From: Octopus sinensis
Taxonomy: Eukaryota
DNA: 64,000 nucleotides
Assembly: GCF_006345805.1 (NCBI RefSeq)
Contig: NC_043010.1
Coordinates: 66,092,001-66,156,000, forward strand
Direction: 5' to 3'
The position numbers and the translations under genes are program-made. Shown one piece after another: positions 11,801 to 23,405 of this stretch. Under the pieces are notes generated by a model. That model did not search any database. It had not been told where the DNA came from and worked only from the letters and a program-made list of their open reading frames with translations. Within the stretch, counting starts at the first letter, position 1. The number at the start of each line of letters is the position of its first letter.

Positions 11801-13362
11801 TTCTTTTTGTGCCTTATAATGTAACACAATGATAAATCTCAGAGCGAGTTATAAACAGTAGCAGCAACACATTGTGACGTATATTTGCCATTTGAATATG
11901 GCTAACCCCTAAGGGTGGATGCTACTGTAGTTTGTAGCCCCAGGAGGACACCTCCTCCAGCTGGCTATAGACACTTTCTGTGCCCTATCAGTATTTGCAA
12001 AGGGCACAGAAAGTGTGTCTATAGCCAGCTGGAGGAGGTGTCCTCCTGGGGCTACAAACTACAGTAGCATCCACCCTTAGGGGTTAGCCATATTCAAATG
12101 GCAAATATACGTCACGAAATGTAACACACTCACCGGTAAAATTTCCACTTATTTCTTATTTTTAATATTTCTTATTTTTAATAAGATTGTAAATAACGGA
12201 CTGAGTCAAGACTATTGAAAAGGTTGCAAGACGCAACGAAAATTTTAAGAAAATAAGAAATAAGTGGAAATTTTACCGGTGAGTGTATTACATAATAAGG
12301 CACAAAAAGAAAGTGACTCTCCTCAGACACAACAGAATTTTTATAATGTATTTGAACAGTTGATGTTAGATATTACATGTTCTGATTTGAGAGAGGTTAG
12401 AAAAATAGGCTGAGTAATAGGGGGTTGATGAGACATGTATTTATCAATTACTAGGGAACTTGTGGTGACTGTAGGTATGGATGTGTGACTAAAAAATTCA
12501 CCTTGTGAACTCATGGTTCCTGGTTTCAATCCTACAGCACAATGTTTTGTGCAAGTGCCTGCACAAGGTGTCATGTAACAGAACCAAACTGAAAACCGCT
12601 TGGCTGCAAAGCGGGTTTCTTAACCCCCGCAGCCTTACTCTCTTTTACTCTTTTACTTGTTTCAGTCATTTGACTGCGGCCATGATGGAGCACTGCCTTT
12701 AGTCCAGCAAATCGACCCCAGGACTTATTCTTTGTAAGCCCAGTACTTATTCTATCGGTCTCTTTTGCCGAACCGCTAAGTGACGGGGACGTAAACACAC
12801 CAGTATCGGTTGTCAAGCAATGCTAGTGGGACAAACACACACACACATACACATATATATATACATATATACGACAGGCTTCTTTCAGTTTCCGTCTACC
12901 AAATCCACTCACAAGGCATTGGTCGGCCCGGGGCTATAGCAGAAGACACTTGCCCAAGATGCCACGCAGTGGGACTGAACCCGGAACCATGTGGTTGATA
13001 AGCAAGCTACTTACCACACAGCCACTCCTACGCCTTGACTGTCTCTATTAATTCTTATATTGTTATATAAATGTGATTCAGCATTAACTTACTTTTGTTC
13101 ATTAAAACATTCTTAAAATATTTTACACGTGCAAAAAAAAATAAATAAATAGAATAAAAAAAAAAAAAAAAAAAAAAAAATAAAATAAAATAAAATACAA
13201 TAAACCAGTTGATGAATGATTGTTCCAAAAATCTCGTTTTTTCTATTGCAGAAATTTGAAACTGTGGAGAAACTCATCTCGCACTACCGGAAAAGTACAT
13301 TGTTACTCCTTGGAAAAGGTGGCGGACGTATTACACTGACCCAGTACCCATCCAGTTATTAA
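1298..13362 (+). CDS. SH2-domain adaptor protein (SLP-76/BLNK/CLNK-like or SH3BP2-like), multi-exon; 5' exons tentative
   Basis: Phase-consistent chain 1298-1313, 2503-2627, 3912-4133, 4260-4407, 7162-7259, 9153-9242, 10523-10603, 11536-11688, 13252-13362 (TAA). The C-terminal SH2 reads [65 protein letters not shown], compare SLP-76 LRKINQDGTFLVRDS. The last five exons are well supported; the first four are inferred. Confidence 0.8.
1411..1648 (-). mobile_element. SINE family A (3' half)
   Basis: Family consensus. Confidence 0.8.
2503..2627 (+). CDS. Candidate upstream exon of SH2 adaptor
   Basis: actttgcag|(F)[41 protein letters not shown]|gtaagt; only the phase-1 frame is open. Confidence 0.6.
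3431..3830 (+). mobile_element. SINE family A (full)
   Basis: Family consensus. Confidence 0.9.
3912..4133 (+). CDS. Candidate upstream exon of SH2 adaptor
   Basis: ccctcaag|[16 protein letters not shown]...DESTRLFR|gtaagg; open, phase 0-0; no family motif recognised. Confidence 0.5.
4260..4407 (+). CDS. SH2 adaptor proline-rich exon (acceptor uncertain: 4226, 4235 or 4260)
   Basis: [49 protein letters not shown](G)|gtgtgc; phase-1 end matches the 7162 exon. Confidence 0.6.
5110..6610 (+). mobile_element. Decayed CR1/L2-like LINE ORF2 (reverse transcriptase) in SH2 gene intron
   Basis: [59 protein letters not shown] (YADD decayed), VRDLGI; several stops and frameshifts. Confidence 0.9.
7162..7259 (+). 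CDS. SH2 adaptor exon
   Basis: atttacag|(G)[32 protein letters not shown]|gtatgg; phase 1-0. Confidence 0.75.
7306..8360. repeat. CA-rich minisatellite (~70-80-bp unit, ~13 copies)
   Basis: cacacatggacacaatgacactgacacagccacacacactcacac..atactcacaatcacacacacacacatc. Confidence 0.93.
8843..9048 (+). mobile_element. Internally deleted mariner element (MITE)
   Basis: Inverted ends gggtgctgaaaagtt / aacctttcagcaccc with TA flanks; retains transposase C-terminus [18 protein letters not shown]...[11 protein letters not shown]. Confidence 0.75.
9153..9242 (+). CDS. SH2 adaptor exon (Asn run, VYADV Tyr motif)
   Basis: gttttcag|[30 protein letters not shown]|gtaggt; phase 0-0. Confidence 0.8.
9315..9545 (-). 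mobile_element. tRNA-headed SINE family C
   Basis: Reverse strand ggcgagctggcaga..gttctgagttcaaattcc..gcctttcatcctttcggggtcg..ccccttgtgggtagtaaagaaa; other copies at 23480-23710 and 57610-57840, partial at 43050-43200 and 59530-59720. Confidence 0.85.
9940..10400 (-). mobile_element. CR1-like LINE 3' fragment
   Basis: [20 protein letters not shown]...[13 protein letters not shown]...[16 protein letters not shown]. Confidence 0.85.
10523..10603 (+). CDS. SH2 adaptor exon (SH2 start)
   Basis: cctttcag|[27 protein letters not shown]|gtaagt. Confidence 0.9.
11011..11200 (-). mobile_element. SINE family A (3' half, diverged)
   Basis: Family consensus. Confidence 0.7.
11536..11688 (+). CDS. SH2 adaptor exon (FLVRDS core)
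   Basis: ttccaacag|[51 protein letters not shown]|gtaatt. Confidence 0.93.
11774..12338. mobile_element. Long-TIR MITE with a nested foldback insertion
   Basis: Outer TIR 11774-11817 / 12295-12338 continues as 12119-12162 / 12249-12293; inner hairpin arms 11874-11986 / 12001-12115. Confidence 0.8.
12636..13034 (-). mobile_element. SINE family A (full)
   Basis: Family consensus. Confidence 0.9.
13252..13362 (+). CDS. SH2 adaptor terminal coding exon
   Basis: ctattgcag|[36 protein letters not shown]; AATAAA at 13745-13750 downstream. Confidence 0.9.
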   Translation, partial: KFETVEKLISHYRKSTLLLLGKGGGRITLTQYPSSY

Positions 13363-13400
13363 TATTCGTTGAACAACGTGTGTCTGTGTCTGTGTGTGCA

Positions 13401-13444
<44 letters not shown>

Positions 13445-13650
13445 AGCAGGTATAAATGAATATATATATAAGATATATATATATATATATATATATATAA
13501 GTATGTATGTATGTATATGTATATATATATACATACATACATACTTATATATATATACATATAATATATACATATATATATGTATATATATATATATATA
13601 AATATATATATATATATTTATTTTCATATACATATATATATGTATATATA

Positions 13651-13701
<51 letters not shown>

Positions 13702-13744
13702 TGTTATCAAACAGTGAGAATGAGTACTCAACACTGTATTGGTG

Positions 13745-13750
13745 AATAAA
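13745..13750 (+). terminator. Candidate polyadenylation signal of the SH2 adaptor
   Basis: First AATAAA after the (TA)n tract that follows the stop at 13362. Confidence 0.4.
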
Positions 13751-14659
13751 TATTTCTTATTTGTGAGTTAACAAGGCTGCTAATGGTTTCATGTAAAGAG
13801 GAATCTTTTAACAAGTATCAAGCCCACTAAATGGGAATGTTTGTAGTTGTCTCCAAAATGGCAGGATTGATAATTGTTAAGGTTCCTCTTTACATGAAAG
13901 TATTGGTATCCTTCTGAAGCCACCAAACGAAAAAAGTATATATTTATATGCATAGAATAAAGGTAATATCACATCCAATAACATATATAAAGTAATAGGT
14001 ATATACAATCAGTGCTCAAGGTTGACTTGCTGCCTGGAATTCCACCTAAAAGCGGGAATGTTATAGCAGCCTAAGGACAAATGGCTATAGGCAGTTTATC
14101 AGTTGAGCAGGTACATGTATAAGAGAATAACATTTATAAAAAGGCAAACACCTGGTCTCTGCCTTTTTTCCTTTAAACTTTTTCTGTCAAATGTAATGTT
14201 TATTTATTTACATTGTTTTCAATTAATCGTGCATTATCTCCTAGCTTTGAAATTTTGATGATGTATATGTTAATTTTTTCAGAATGACATTGTAGGTTAA
14301 ATGTGAGAAACCATACCTGGCCTGTTTGAACATAAAACAGGTAAAATATATTTTGACTGGGTACGGCTAGTTTGGATGCTAAAGGGTTAAACTCTCTCCC
14401 TGTATATCACACAAGTAGGAGCCCAAAGCTTTCTGCTAGGACTCTACTTCATTCTCCATTTGGTGATGGAATAGATGGCTGCTATATGGGCAGCTACCAT
14501 TCATTTTGCTGGGAAATACAACACCTGTACGTCTATTCTCGAAACAGCTGTAAGAGACTTTCTGCATACCACCTTACTTCCTTCCTTCTTATGATCTATA
14601 CTCATGTAAAAACTCAACCCTCATGTTTTCAGCTCCATTTTTGCTGTTTGCTTTACCAA

Positions 14660-14776
14660 ACACGCATGCGCACACACACACACACACACATATACATATA
14701 TATATATATATATAATATATATATATATACATATGTGTGTGTGTGTGTATGTATATATATATATATATATACATAC

Positions 14777-14819
<43 letters not shown>

Positions 14820-14828
14820 ATATATATT

Positions 14829-14874
<46 letters not shown>

Positions 14875-15088
14875 CACATACACATATACATATACATATA
14901 TATATATACATATACATATATATACACATATATACATATATATATATATTCATACATTTATATATATAAATATATATATATACACGCACACACATATGTA
15001 TATAGACACATATACATATACATATATATATATACATATATACATATATATTATACACATATACATATACATATACATATATATACAT

Positions 15089-15128
<40 letters not shown>

Positions 15129-15275
15129 TACATATATACATATATACATATATACATATACATATATATATATATACACATATATACATACATATATATA
15201 TATACATATACATATACATATATATATATATACATATGTGTGTGTGTGTGTGTGTGTATGTATATATATATATAA
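14660..15275. repeat. (TA)n/(CA)n compound microsatellite
   Basis: Visible directly; similar tracts at 2735-2970, 8620-8840, 10700-11000, 13380-13700, 17635-17850, 21330-21620, 36960-37350. Confidence 0.95.
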
Positions 15276-15502
15276 AATAAGAGAACAAACTTAGCTCCCT
15301 GTTCATCCTCAGAGTTTCCTCCTTCCTGCTCCTCGAGATTCTAATTCGTTCCATGCACAGTAATAAAAGTAAAACTCTGAGTAATAGCAATGTAACCTCA
15401 GGTCTATAATAAAATGTATTATTCTCTAACGAGTGCTCTTTTCTTTTTCGTTTGAAAAAATCCTGCAATAATTATGCATCCACCCAATATATATATATAT
15501 AT

Positions 15503-15718
15503 CCTCTTTTACTTGTTTCAGGCATTTGACTGCGGCCATGCTGGAGCACCACATTTGGTCGAACGAATCGACCCCAGGACTTATTCTTTCTAAGCCTAGT
15601 ACTTATTCTATCACTCCTTTTTGCCAAACCGCTAAGTTGCTGGGACATACACACACCAGCATCGGTTGTCAAGCAATGGTGGGGGGACAAAAACAGACAC
15701 ACAAGCATACAAACACAC
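15503..15718 (-). mobile_element. SINE family A (3' half)
   Basis: Family consensus. Confidence 0.8.
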
Positions 15719-15721
15719 ACA

Positions 15722-16165
15722 CATCATCATCATCATTATCATCGTTTAACGTCCGCTTTCCATGCTAGCATGGGTTGGACGGTTCAACTGGGGTCTGGGA
15801 AGCCCGAAGGCTGCACCAGGCCAGTCAGATCTGGCAGTGTTTCTACAGCTGGATGCCCTTCCTAACGCCAACCACTCCGTGAGTGTAGTGGGTGCTTTTT
15901 ATGTGCCACCGATACAGGTGCCAGACGAAGCTGACGAACGGCCACGCTCGGATGGTGTTTTTTTTTTTCTGTGCCACGGACACAGGTGCCAGACGAGCTT
16001 GGCGAACGGCCACGATCGGATGGTGTTTGTTATGTGCCCACAGCATGGAGGCCAGTCGATGCGGTACTGGCTATGGCCACGTTCAGATGGTTTTCTTATG
16101 GGCCACCGGCACTGGTACCACAAAAATACAAATTCCATTGATGTTCATCAATTTTGATTTGATTT
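15722..16165 (-). mobile_element. Retroposon family B (near full, 5' (AAATC)n)
   Basis: Family consensus. Confidence 0.85.
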
Positions 16166-16359
16166 GATTTTCACTTGCCTCAACAGATCTTCACAAGTGT
16201 CCCAAGAAGGAAGGTATGCACAGGTGGACTGACTACGTCCCAGGTAGGGGCCATGGGTTATGGCCTCACGTGTCCTGCCGGGTCTTCTCGCGCACAGCAT
16301 ACTTCCAAAGTATATATATATATACACATAAACATACATATATATATATATATATATAT

Positions 16360-16745
16360 ACTCTTTACTTGTTTCAGTCATTTGACTGCGGCCATGCAGG
16401 AGCACCGCCTTTAATCGAGCAACTCGACCCCGGGACTTATTCTTTTGTAAGCCGAGTACTTATTTTATCGGTCTTTTTTGCCGAACCACTAAGTAATGGG
16501 GACATAAACACATCAGCATCGGTTTTCAAGCAATGCTAGGGGGACAAACACAGACACACAAACAAACACATGCATATATATACACATATACGACGGGCTT
16601 CTTTCAGTTTCCGTCTACCAAATCCACTCACAAGGCTTTGGTCGGCCTTAGGCTCTAGTACAAGACACTTGCCCAAGGTGCCACTGAACCAGTAACTATG
16701 AGATTCATAAGCAAGCTACTTACCACACAGCCACTCCTGTGCCTA
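16360..16745 (-). mobile_element. SINE family A (full)
   Basis: Family consensus. Confidence 0.88.
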
Positions 16746-16851
16746 GGGACCACAACAAGTAGTTTCGCTTACAGAAATAATAATAGATAAATGGAAATTG
16801 AGCTGGTGAATGTGTTATATTAGGGCACTATGACTCTCCCAAAACAAAACA

Positions 16852-16896
<45 letters not shown>

Positions 16897-16898
<2 letters not shown>

Positions 16899-17308
16899 CA
16901 TAGGAGTGGCTGTGTGGTAAGTAGCTTGCTTGCCAACCACATGGTTCTAGGTTCAGTCCCACTGCTTGCCACCTTGGGCAAGTGCCTTCTGCTATAGCTT
17001 CAGGCCAACCTGAATGTATATATATGTATATGTATGTATGTGTGTGTGTATATGTATGTTTGCTTGTATGTATGTATGCATGCATGCATGCATGTATGTA
17101 CGTGTTTGTCTCCCAACATCGCTTGACAACTGATGCTGGTATCTTGACATCACCCTGCAAGTTAACATTTTCAGCAAAAGAGACCGATAGAATAAGTACC
17201 AGGCTTACAATAAATAAGTCCTGGGGTCAATTTTCTTGACTAAAGGCATTGCTCCAGCATGACCACAGTCAAATGACTGAAACAAATACGAGAATAAAAG
17301 TAAAAGAA
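16897..17308 (+). mobile_element. SINE family A (full, diverged)
   Basis: Family consensus. Confidence 0.85.
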
Positions 17309-17312
17309 TATA

Positions 17313-17539
17313 TATAAGGAAAGTGTGTATAATTATGAACAAATCACAATTATAATGGAGAAAGTTTCAGAAACCCTTACATGTCTAGAAATAGCAGTCA
17401 AAACCGCTAGAAAGCCACTATAACCACCCATATTTTATCTCTCTACAATAAAGCTGTCAGCAGACAACATGATATAAAATTGAAAGCTTAAATAAAAGGT
17501 TAATTGTGATTTGTTCATAATTATACACACTTCCTTTAT
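17313..17539. mobile_element. MITE with ~35-bp TIRs
   Basis: aagtgtgtataattatgaacaaatcacaatta / taattgtgatttgttcataattatacacactt. Confidence 0.65.
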
Positions 17540-17710
17540 GAAACTTTTTGATTGCATGTTTGTCCACTGATATATTTGTAAATAATTATGAATTGTTTAC
17601 GATATATCCTTCATAATATTTTTTTACATTCCTCTTTATATATATATATATACATACATATATATATAATATATATATATAATATACATACATATATATT
17701 ATATATATAT

Positions 17711-17741
<31 letters not shown>

Positions 17742-17808
17742 CATACATATATATATATATATATATACATACATATATATATATATTATATATACATACA
17801 TATATATA

Positions 17809-17854
<46 letters not shown>

Positions 17855-18330
17855 AAAATACAAAATGGGACAAGAACGCAAAACATCCGGACAGCTAGGT
17901 GATACAAAAAGGGACGACAAAATATCCAAATAGATGATACAAAGAAAACAAGGGTGGGTCATTCGAAGTTTTCTTTCCTCAGTCGAGTTCCAGACTCTCC
18001 TCACAATATTGGCTGATTATTCTTGAGATTGCTCCAGTCTGGCCAGCCCCATGGAAAAACTAAGCTAAGAGCATTAGATTCATTGGAAGAAAGTGAATGT
18101 ATACAAAAACGGACAAAGTTACACAAATATAAGTACAATAAAAATAATAACAGGACATAACAACAGGTGTCTTTCGACTAAGGACGAATTGAATGAAGCT
18201 GGAGTGTGTGGAAATGAAGCCTTACAGCAGAGATACAAATGTTTCACAAATACAGGGAAGAATATCGATGTTGCACAGACAACGGTCAGACCAAGAAAGA
18301 AAGAACAGGCTAGACTGACCGGCGATATAT

Positions 18331-19078
18331 ATATATAATCAAAAAAGGGTAATAACATAGATTACTACCAGTGGCCCAGCACAAAAGACGAATTAGTCAT
18401 TAGACAAAATATTATTCATATAGAAAAATATTATTCATATAGAAATATAATTAAGGGCTCTTAAATAAGGATGCCAAGTGCTAGGGACACAAAAAAGGGA
18501 TAAATTTATCGAGAGTGAAAATCAAAAACATTTACCATTAACGATACATCCCGGACTGATCAGTTTCTACCTCTTTCTAGCAAAACAGACAGAATATGTT
18601 TGCTAAGGCCGGTTTCATCAGCGAGACGCCTATGTTAAATCGAGATGCACAGAGCGTTAGACCATGTGTTGATCTAAACAACTTGTACATCTTAACTTTT
18701 CAGACCTCTGAGCAGACGCAAAATCTACCCGGAGATATAGGGCATGCCGGGAAAAAATTTTACGAATAAATCTATCAAGTAATATGTGAATATAATCAAA
18801 AAAGGGTAATAACATAGATAACTACTAGTGGCCCAGCACAAAAGACGTATTAGTCATTAGACAAAATATTATTCATATAGAAATATAATTAAGGGCTCTT
18901 AAATAAGGATGCCAAGTGCTAGGGACACAAGAAAGGGATAAATTTATCGAGAGTGAAAATCAAAAACATTTACCATTAACGATACATCCCGGACTGATCA
19001 GTTTCTACCTCTCGATAAATTTATCCCTTTTTTGTGTCCCTAGCACTTGGCATCCTTATTTAGGAGCCCTTAATTATA
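18331..19078. repeat. Direct repeat pair plus terminal inverted copy (Penelope-like terminus arrangement)
   Basis: 18331-18573 matches 18791-19013; 19010-19078 is the reverse complement of ~18884-18952. Confidence 0.75.
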
Positions 19079-19093
19079 TATATATATATATAT

Positions 19094-19468
19094 AGTGGCT
19101 GTGTGGTAAGTAGCTTGCTAACCAACCACATGGTTCCGGGTTCAGTCCCACTGCGTGGCATCTTGGGCAAGTGTCTTCTGCTATAGCCCCGGGCCGACCA
19201 ATGCCTTGTGAGTGGATTTGGTAGATGGAAACTGAAAGAAGCCTGTCGTATGTATGTGTGTCTGTGTTTGTCCCCCTAGCATTTCTTGACAACCAATGCT
19301 GGTGTGTTTACGTCCCCGTAACTTAGCGGTTCGGCAAAAGAGACCGATAGAATAAGTACTGGGCTTACCAAGAATAAGTCCCGGGGTCGATTTGCTCGAC
19401 TAAAGGCGGTGCTCCAGCATGGCCGCAGTCAAATGACTGAAACAAGTAAAAGAGTAAAGAGAGTAAGA
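19094..19468 (+). mobile_element. SINE family A (full)
   Basis: Family consensus. Confidence 0.9.
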
Positions 19469-20341
19469 GTATATATATATACATACACACACACACACAG
19501 ACAAACACACATATACATGTATATTGCATGTGTGTGTGTGTATGTATGTGTGTAAGTGTGTTTGTTGTGCATTATCTCAACATCATTTGGTATGTGATAC
19601 AAAAGCATGTTGTTCATCTCCAGCTTTCTGTGAAAAAGAAACCCCATCATGTAAAAAAAAAACATTACTTTGCTTCAAAACGAAGGTTGGTGACAGAAAG
19701 AGCATCCAGCCGTAAAAGAAAAAAAAAATCTGTCTGAAGAAATTTCCATCCGACTCATGCAACCATTGAAATGTGGACGTTACATGATTAAGATGATGTA
19801 TAAGCTACCAATAAACTGTGAGAATGAATATTGAACAATGCATTATTAGATAATTCTAGCACATGCAGAAGACAGAAGCGAGAAGGATGAATAAGACGTG
19901 TGTGTGTGAGTTTTTAGACGCAACAAATAATTTCAGCTCAAATGCTGGGATTTCATTGGTTAAAATTCGAAGAATTAAACTACGTTAAACTTACAAATTA
20001 CAATTTTGTTTTCAATTTTGTTTACAATAATGTTTTCTTTTGACACATTCTACAAGTATACGAAGTTTCAAATTGTTTAGTTAACTAGAAAATTCCGTCA
20101 ATCAAAAAGAGAAGATCCATAAATATTAATATTTTCTTTATTTGTGGATTGGCGGAATTCTGTTTTAAGCCCAGCCCCCCACCCTCCATAACCCCCTCAT
20201 AAATTTTATAGTTTTTTGGAATTTTCAGAAAACTTTTGTGAATTTGTGTTCTACACACAGGAATTCATACGACTGTGAAAAAAAAACTTTTTATTTAATT
20301 TTTCGAATTAAAGAATTTTTTAAAAATCACAATTTACAATA

Positions 20342-20770
20342 TGCCGTAGGAGTAGCTGTGTGGTAAGTAGCTTGTTTACCAACCACATGGTTCCGGGTTC
20401 AGTCCCACTGCGTGACACCTTGGGCAATTGTCTTCTACTATAGCCACCAAGGTTCAACCAAAGCCTTGCGAGTGGATTTGGTAGACGGAAACTGAAAGAA
20501 GCCCGTCGTATATATATATATATATATATATATACATAAATATATGTGAGTGTGTATATGTTTGTGTGTCTGTGTTTGTCCCCCCAACATCGCTTGACAA
20601 CCGATGGTTGTGTGTTTACGTCCCCGTAACTTAGCGGTTCGGCAAAAGAGACTGATAGAATAAGTACTAGGCTTACAAAGAATAAGTGCTGGGGTCGATT
20701 TGCTGGACTAAAGGCGGTGCTCCAGCATGGCCGCAGTCAAATGACTGAAACAAGTAAAAGAGTAAGGAGT
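20342..20770 (+). mobile_element. SINE family A (full)
   Basis: Family consensus. Confidence 0.9.
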
Positions 20771-21574
20771 AATACAGTCATAATGTTTGGCTTCAGTCTC
20801 AGCAATGGGCCATTAAAGATATTGAAAAATATCAATATGTCAGAGTAGCATACAAACGAGGAAGGTATCAGGTGGTCGTGGGATGTTCTAAAAATAACAG
20901 CTAAATAGCCCTTAAGTCACACAAAATATATTTTGCAAAACTTTTCTGAAAATTCAAAAAAAATTTTTAATGTTATGATGGGTTATATGGGGTACTTAAA
21001 GCAAAATTCTGCCTGTTGGTTTTTGCTATTAGCTTATTTTTCAGGCCTTACAGTTCGAAATTTTCTAGTGTTAAAAAAGTTGATGGTAAGCGGTGTCCAT
21101 TTGAGGACTTGTCCATTTGAGATTTCACAAGATTTTAAACGTTGTTGGTATCCAATGCCACAAAAAAAAAATAAATGAAATAAGAAATACACAGATAAAG
21201 GGAGATAAATATTATGACTTTTGCAGTTGTTACTTCCCTTACATTATATTGATCTTAAAAGGGATGGAAAAAAAAATGTTCGCGCATTTCCTGTTATTGG
21301 CGCAGTTTATTTTGCATATGACAGACACACACACATTTATGTCTGTCATGACACACACATTTATCTCCACGCACACACATATCTATGACTGTCCCCAGAC
21401 ACGCATACACACACACATTTATGACTGTCTCCACACATGCACACACACACACATTTATGTCTGACTCCACACACACACACACACACACACACCACATATC
21501 TGTATCTGTCTCCACACACACACAAACATACACATTTACTTCTGTCTCTCCACACACACACATATTTTCGTCTG

Positions 21575-21608
<34 letters not shown>

Positions 21609-21642
21609 TGTCTACACACACTTCCAGCATTAATATTTTACA

Positions 21643-22035
21643 CTTTACTCTTTTACTTGTTTCAGTCATTTGACTGCGGCCACGCTGGAGCACCGCGTTT
21701 AATCGAGCAACTCGACCCCGGGACTTATTCTTTGCAAGCCTAGTACTTATTCTATCGGTCTCTTTTTGCCGAACTGCTAAGTGACGGGGACATAAACACA
21801 CCAGCATCGGTTGTCAAGCAATGCTAGGGGGACACACAAACACACACACACACATACACATATATATATATACATATATACGACGGGCTTCTTTCAGTTT
21901 CCGTCTACCAAATCCAATCACAAGGCTTTGGTGGGCCCGAGGCTATAGTAGAAGACACTTGCCCAAGGTGCCACGCAGTGGAACTGAACCGGGAACCATG
22001 TGGTTGGTAAACAAGCTACTTACCACACAGCCACT
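21643..22035 (-). mobile_element. SINE family A (full)
   Basis: Family consensus. Confidence 0.9.
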
Positions 22036-22492
22036 CAACCAAAAATGTACAAAATTTGTTTGTGTGTGTGTGTGTGTTTTATTTGCTGTATCTGAAGGAC
22101 CTAGCCATGACCATCACCTTTGTAGACTCGTGGCTAAGTGGTAAGGGCGTTCAACTTGCGATTTTCAGGTTATGAGTTCGATACTAAGTTATACATTGTG
22201 TCCTTGAGCAAGACTCTTTATCTCACCTTGCTCCAGTCCACTCAGCTGGCAAAATTGAGTAGTACTTGTATTTCAAAGGGCCAGCCTTGTCACATTCTGT
22301 GTCATACTGAATCTCCCTGAGAACTACTTTAAGGATTTGCATGTCTGGGGGCTACTCAGCCACTTTCACCTTAATTTCACAAGCAGGTTGTCCCATTGAT
22401 TGGATCAAATGGAACCCTCGTTGTTGTAACTGACGGAGTGCCATTCCATTATGAAGGAACAAGCAGCAACCAGGACCTTTGTAGGCCCTTAA

Positions 22493-22713
22493 CCTTTTCG
22501 TTACCAACCCGGATGAAACCACCTCTGGCTCTGTAGTACAAATGTCTTGTTTTCATAAGTTTTGAATTAAAATCCTCCACCAAACCTTAACCACAATTTA
22601 TGTTCCTAACACTAGCTTAATGATAACTAAGTTATTTTACTAAATTTTTTGTTATATTTAAAGTAATTGAAAGGAACACAGAGCATCTCAAAATAAATGC
22701 AGTAACGAAAGGG
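22493..22713 (+). mobile_element. piggyBac-type MITE (~220 bp)
   Basis: TTAA-ccttttcgttac ... gtaacgaaaggg-TTAA; followed by a second partial copy from 22745. Confidence 0.85.
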
Positions 22714-23299
22714 TTAAAATATATAATAGAGAAACAATTCTTAACCCTTTTGATACCAACCTGGCTGAAACCGCCTCTGGCTCTGAGTACAAATGTCTTG
22801 TCTTCATAAGTTTTGAATTAAAATCTTCCACCAAATAGTGCTTTTTATGTGCCACCTGCACAGGAGCCAGTCCAGCGGCACTGGCAACGACCTCGCTCGA
22901 ATGTTTTTTTCCCCGTGCCACCAGCACACAAGTGCCAGTAAGGCGATGCAGGTAACAATCATTTAATAGAAAGTCAGGTGAAGATCACACAAGTACATTC
23001 AGTAAGCTAAAGGTATGATAAGATTCACCTGACGAAAACGGTTTCTTTATAATTATGTAATATTTTTTCATTAATCAATTAAAGGAGTCGTTAGAAACGG
23101 ACGTAATGGATTGACACCTGTGTAAGCGTATTGCCCCCCCCCCCCGCCGCTTCACAGGTGTAAACAAGCTGACAACACAGAGATGAGGTCGCGTGTCTGA
23201 ACCTCAATGTTGTGTACGGCGCCCCTTTCTCTCTCTGTAGCCAGCTTGTTTACCCCTGTCAAGGGGATAGGGTAATACGCCTACACCCGTACCTCGACT

Positions 23300-23405
23300 T
23301 TTACTCAACCTTTGGCAGACTCTCTTCCTCGCATTCATTCTCCACGTTCAGCAGTCCTTCATAATGGCATTTCCAAGTCTCTTTCTTTGCAGAATCATTA
23401 AAAGA
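23300..23405 (-). mobile_element. Short RTE-like LINE fragment
   Basis: Translates DSAKKETWKCHYEGLLNVENECEEESLP, resembling the W..YF..LLN.EN pre-RT segment. Confidence 0.5.

Noticed and set aside
15290-15370. Possible - strand exon ([16 protein letters not shown])
   Set aside because: Weak acceptor, no partner exons found and no homology recognised.
14372-15468. YI/HT/CV-repeat ORFs here and at 2635-3011, 7262-8399, 8403-9039, 13303-13749, 17586-17902, 25634-26088
   Set aside because: Dinucleotide microsatellite artefacts.
17960-18630. Hammerhead-like CTGAGGA (~17975) and CTGATGA (~18615) on the - strand
   Set aside because: Neither is followed by a properly placed stem II plus GAAA.
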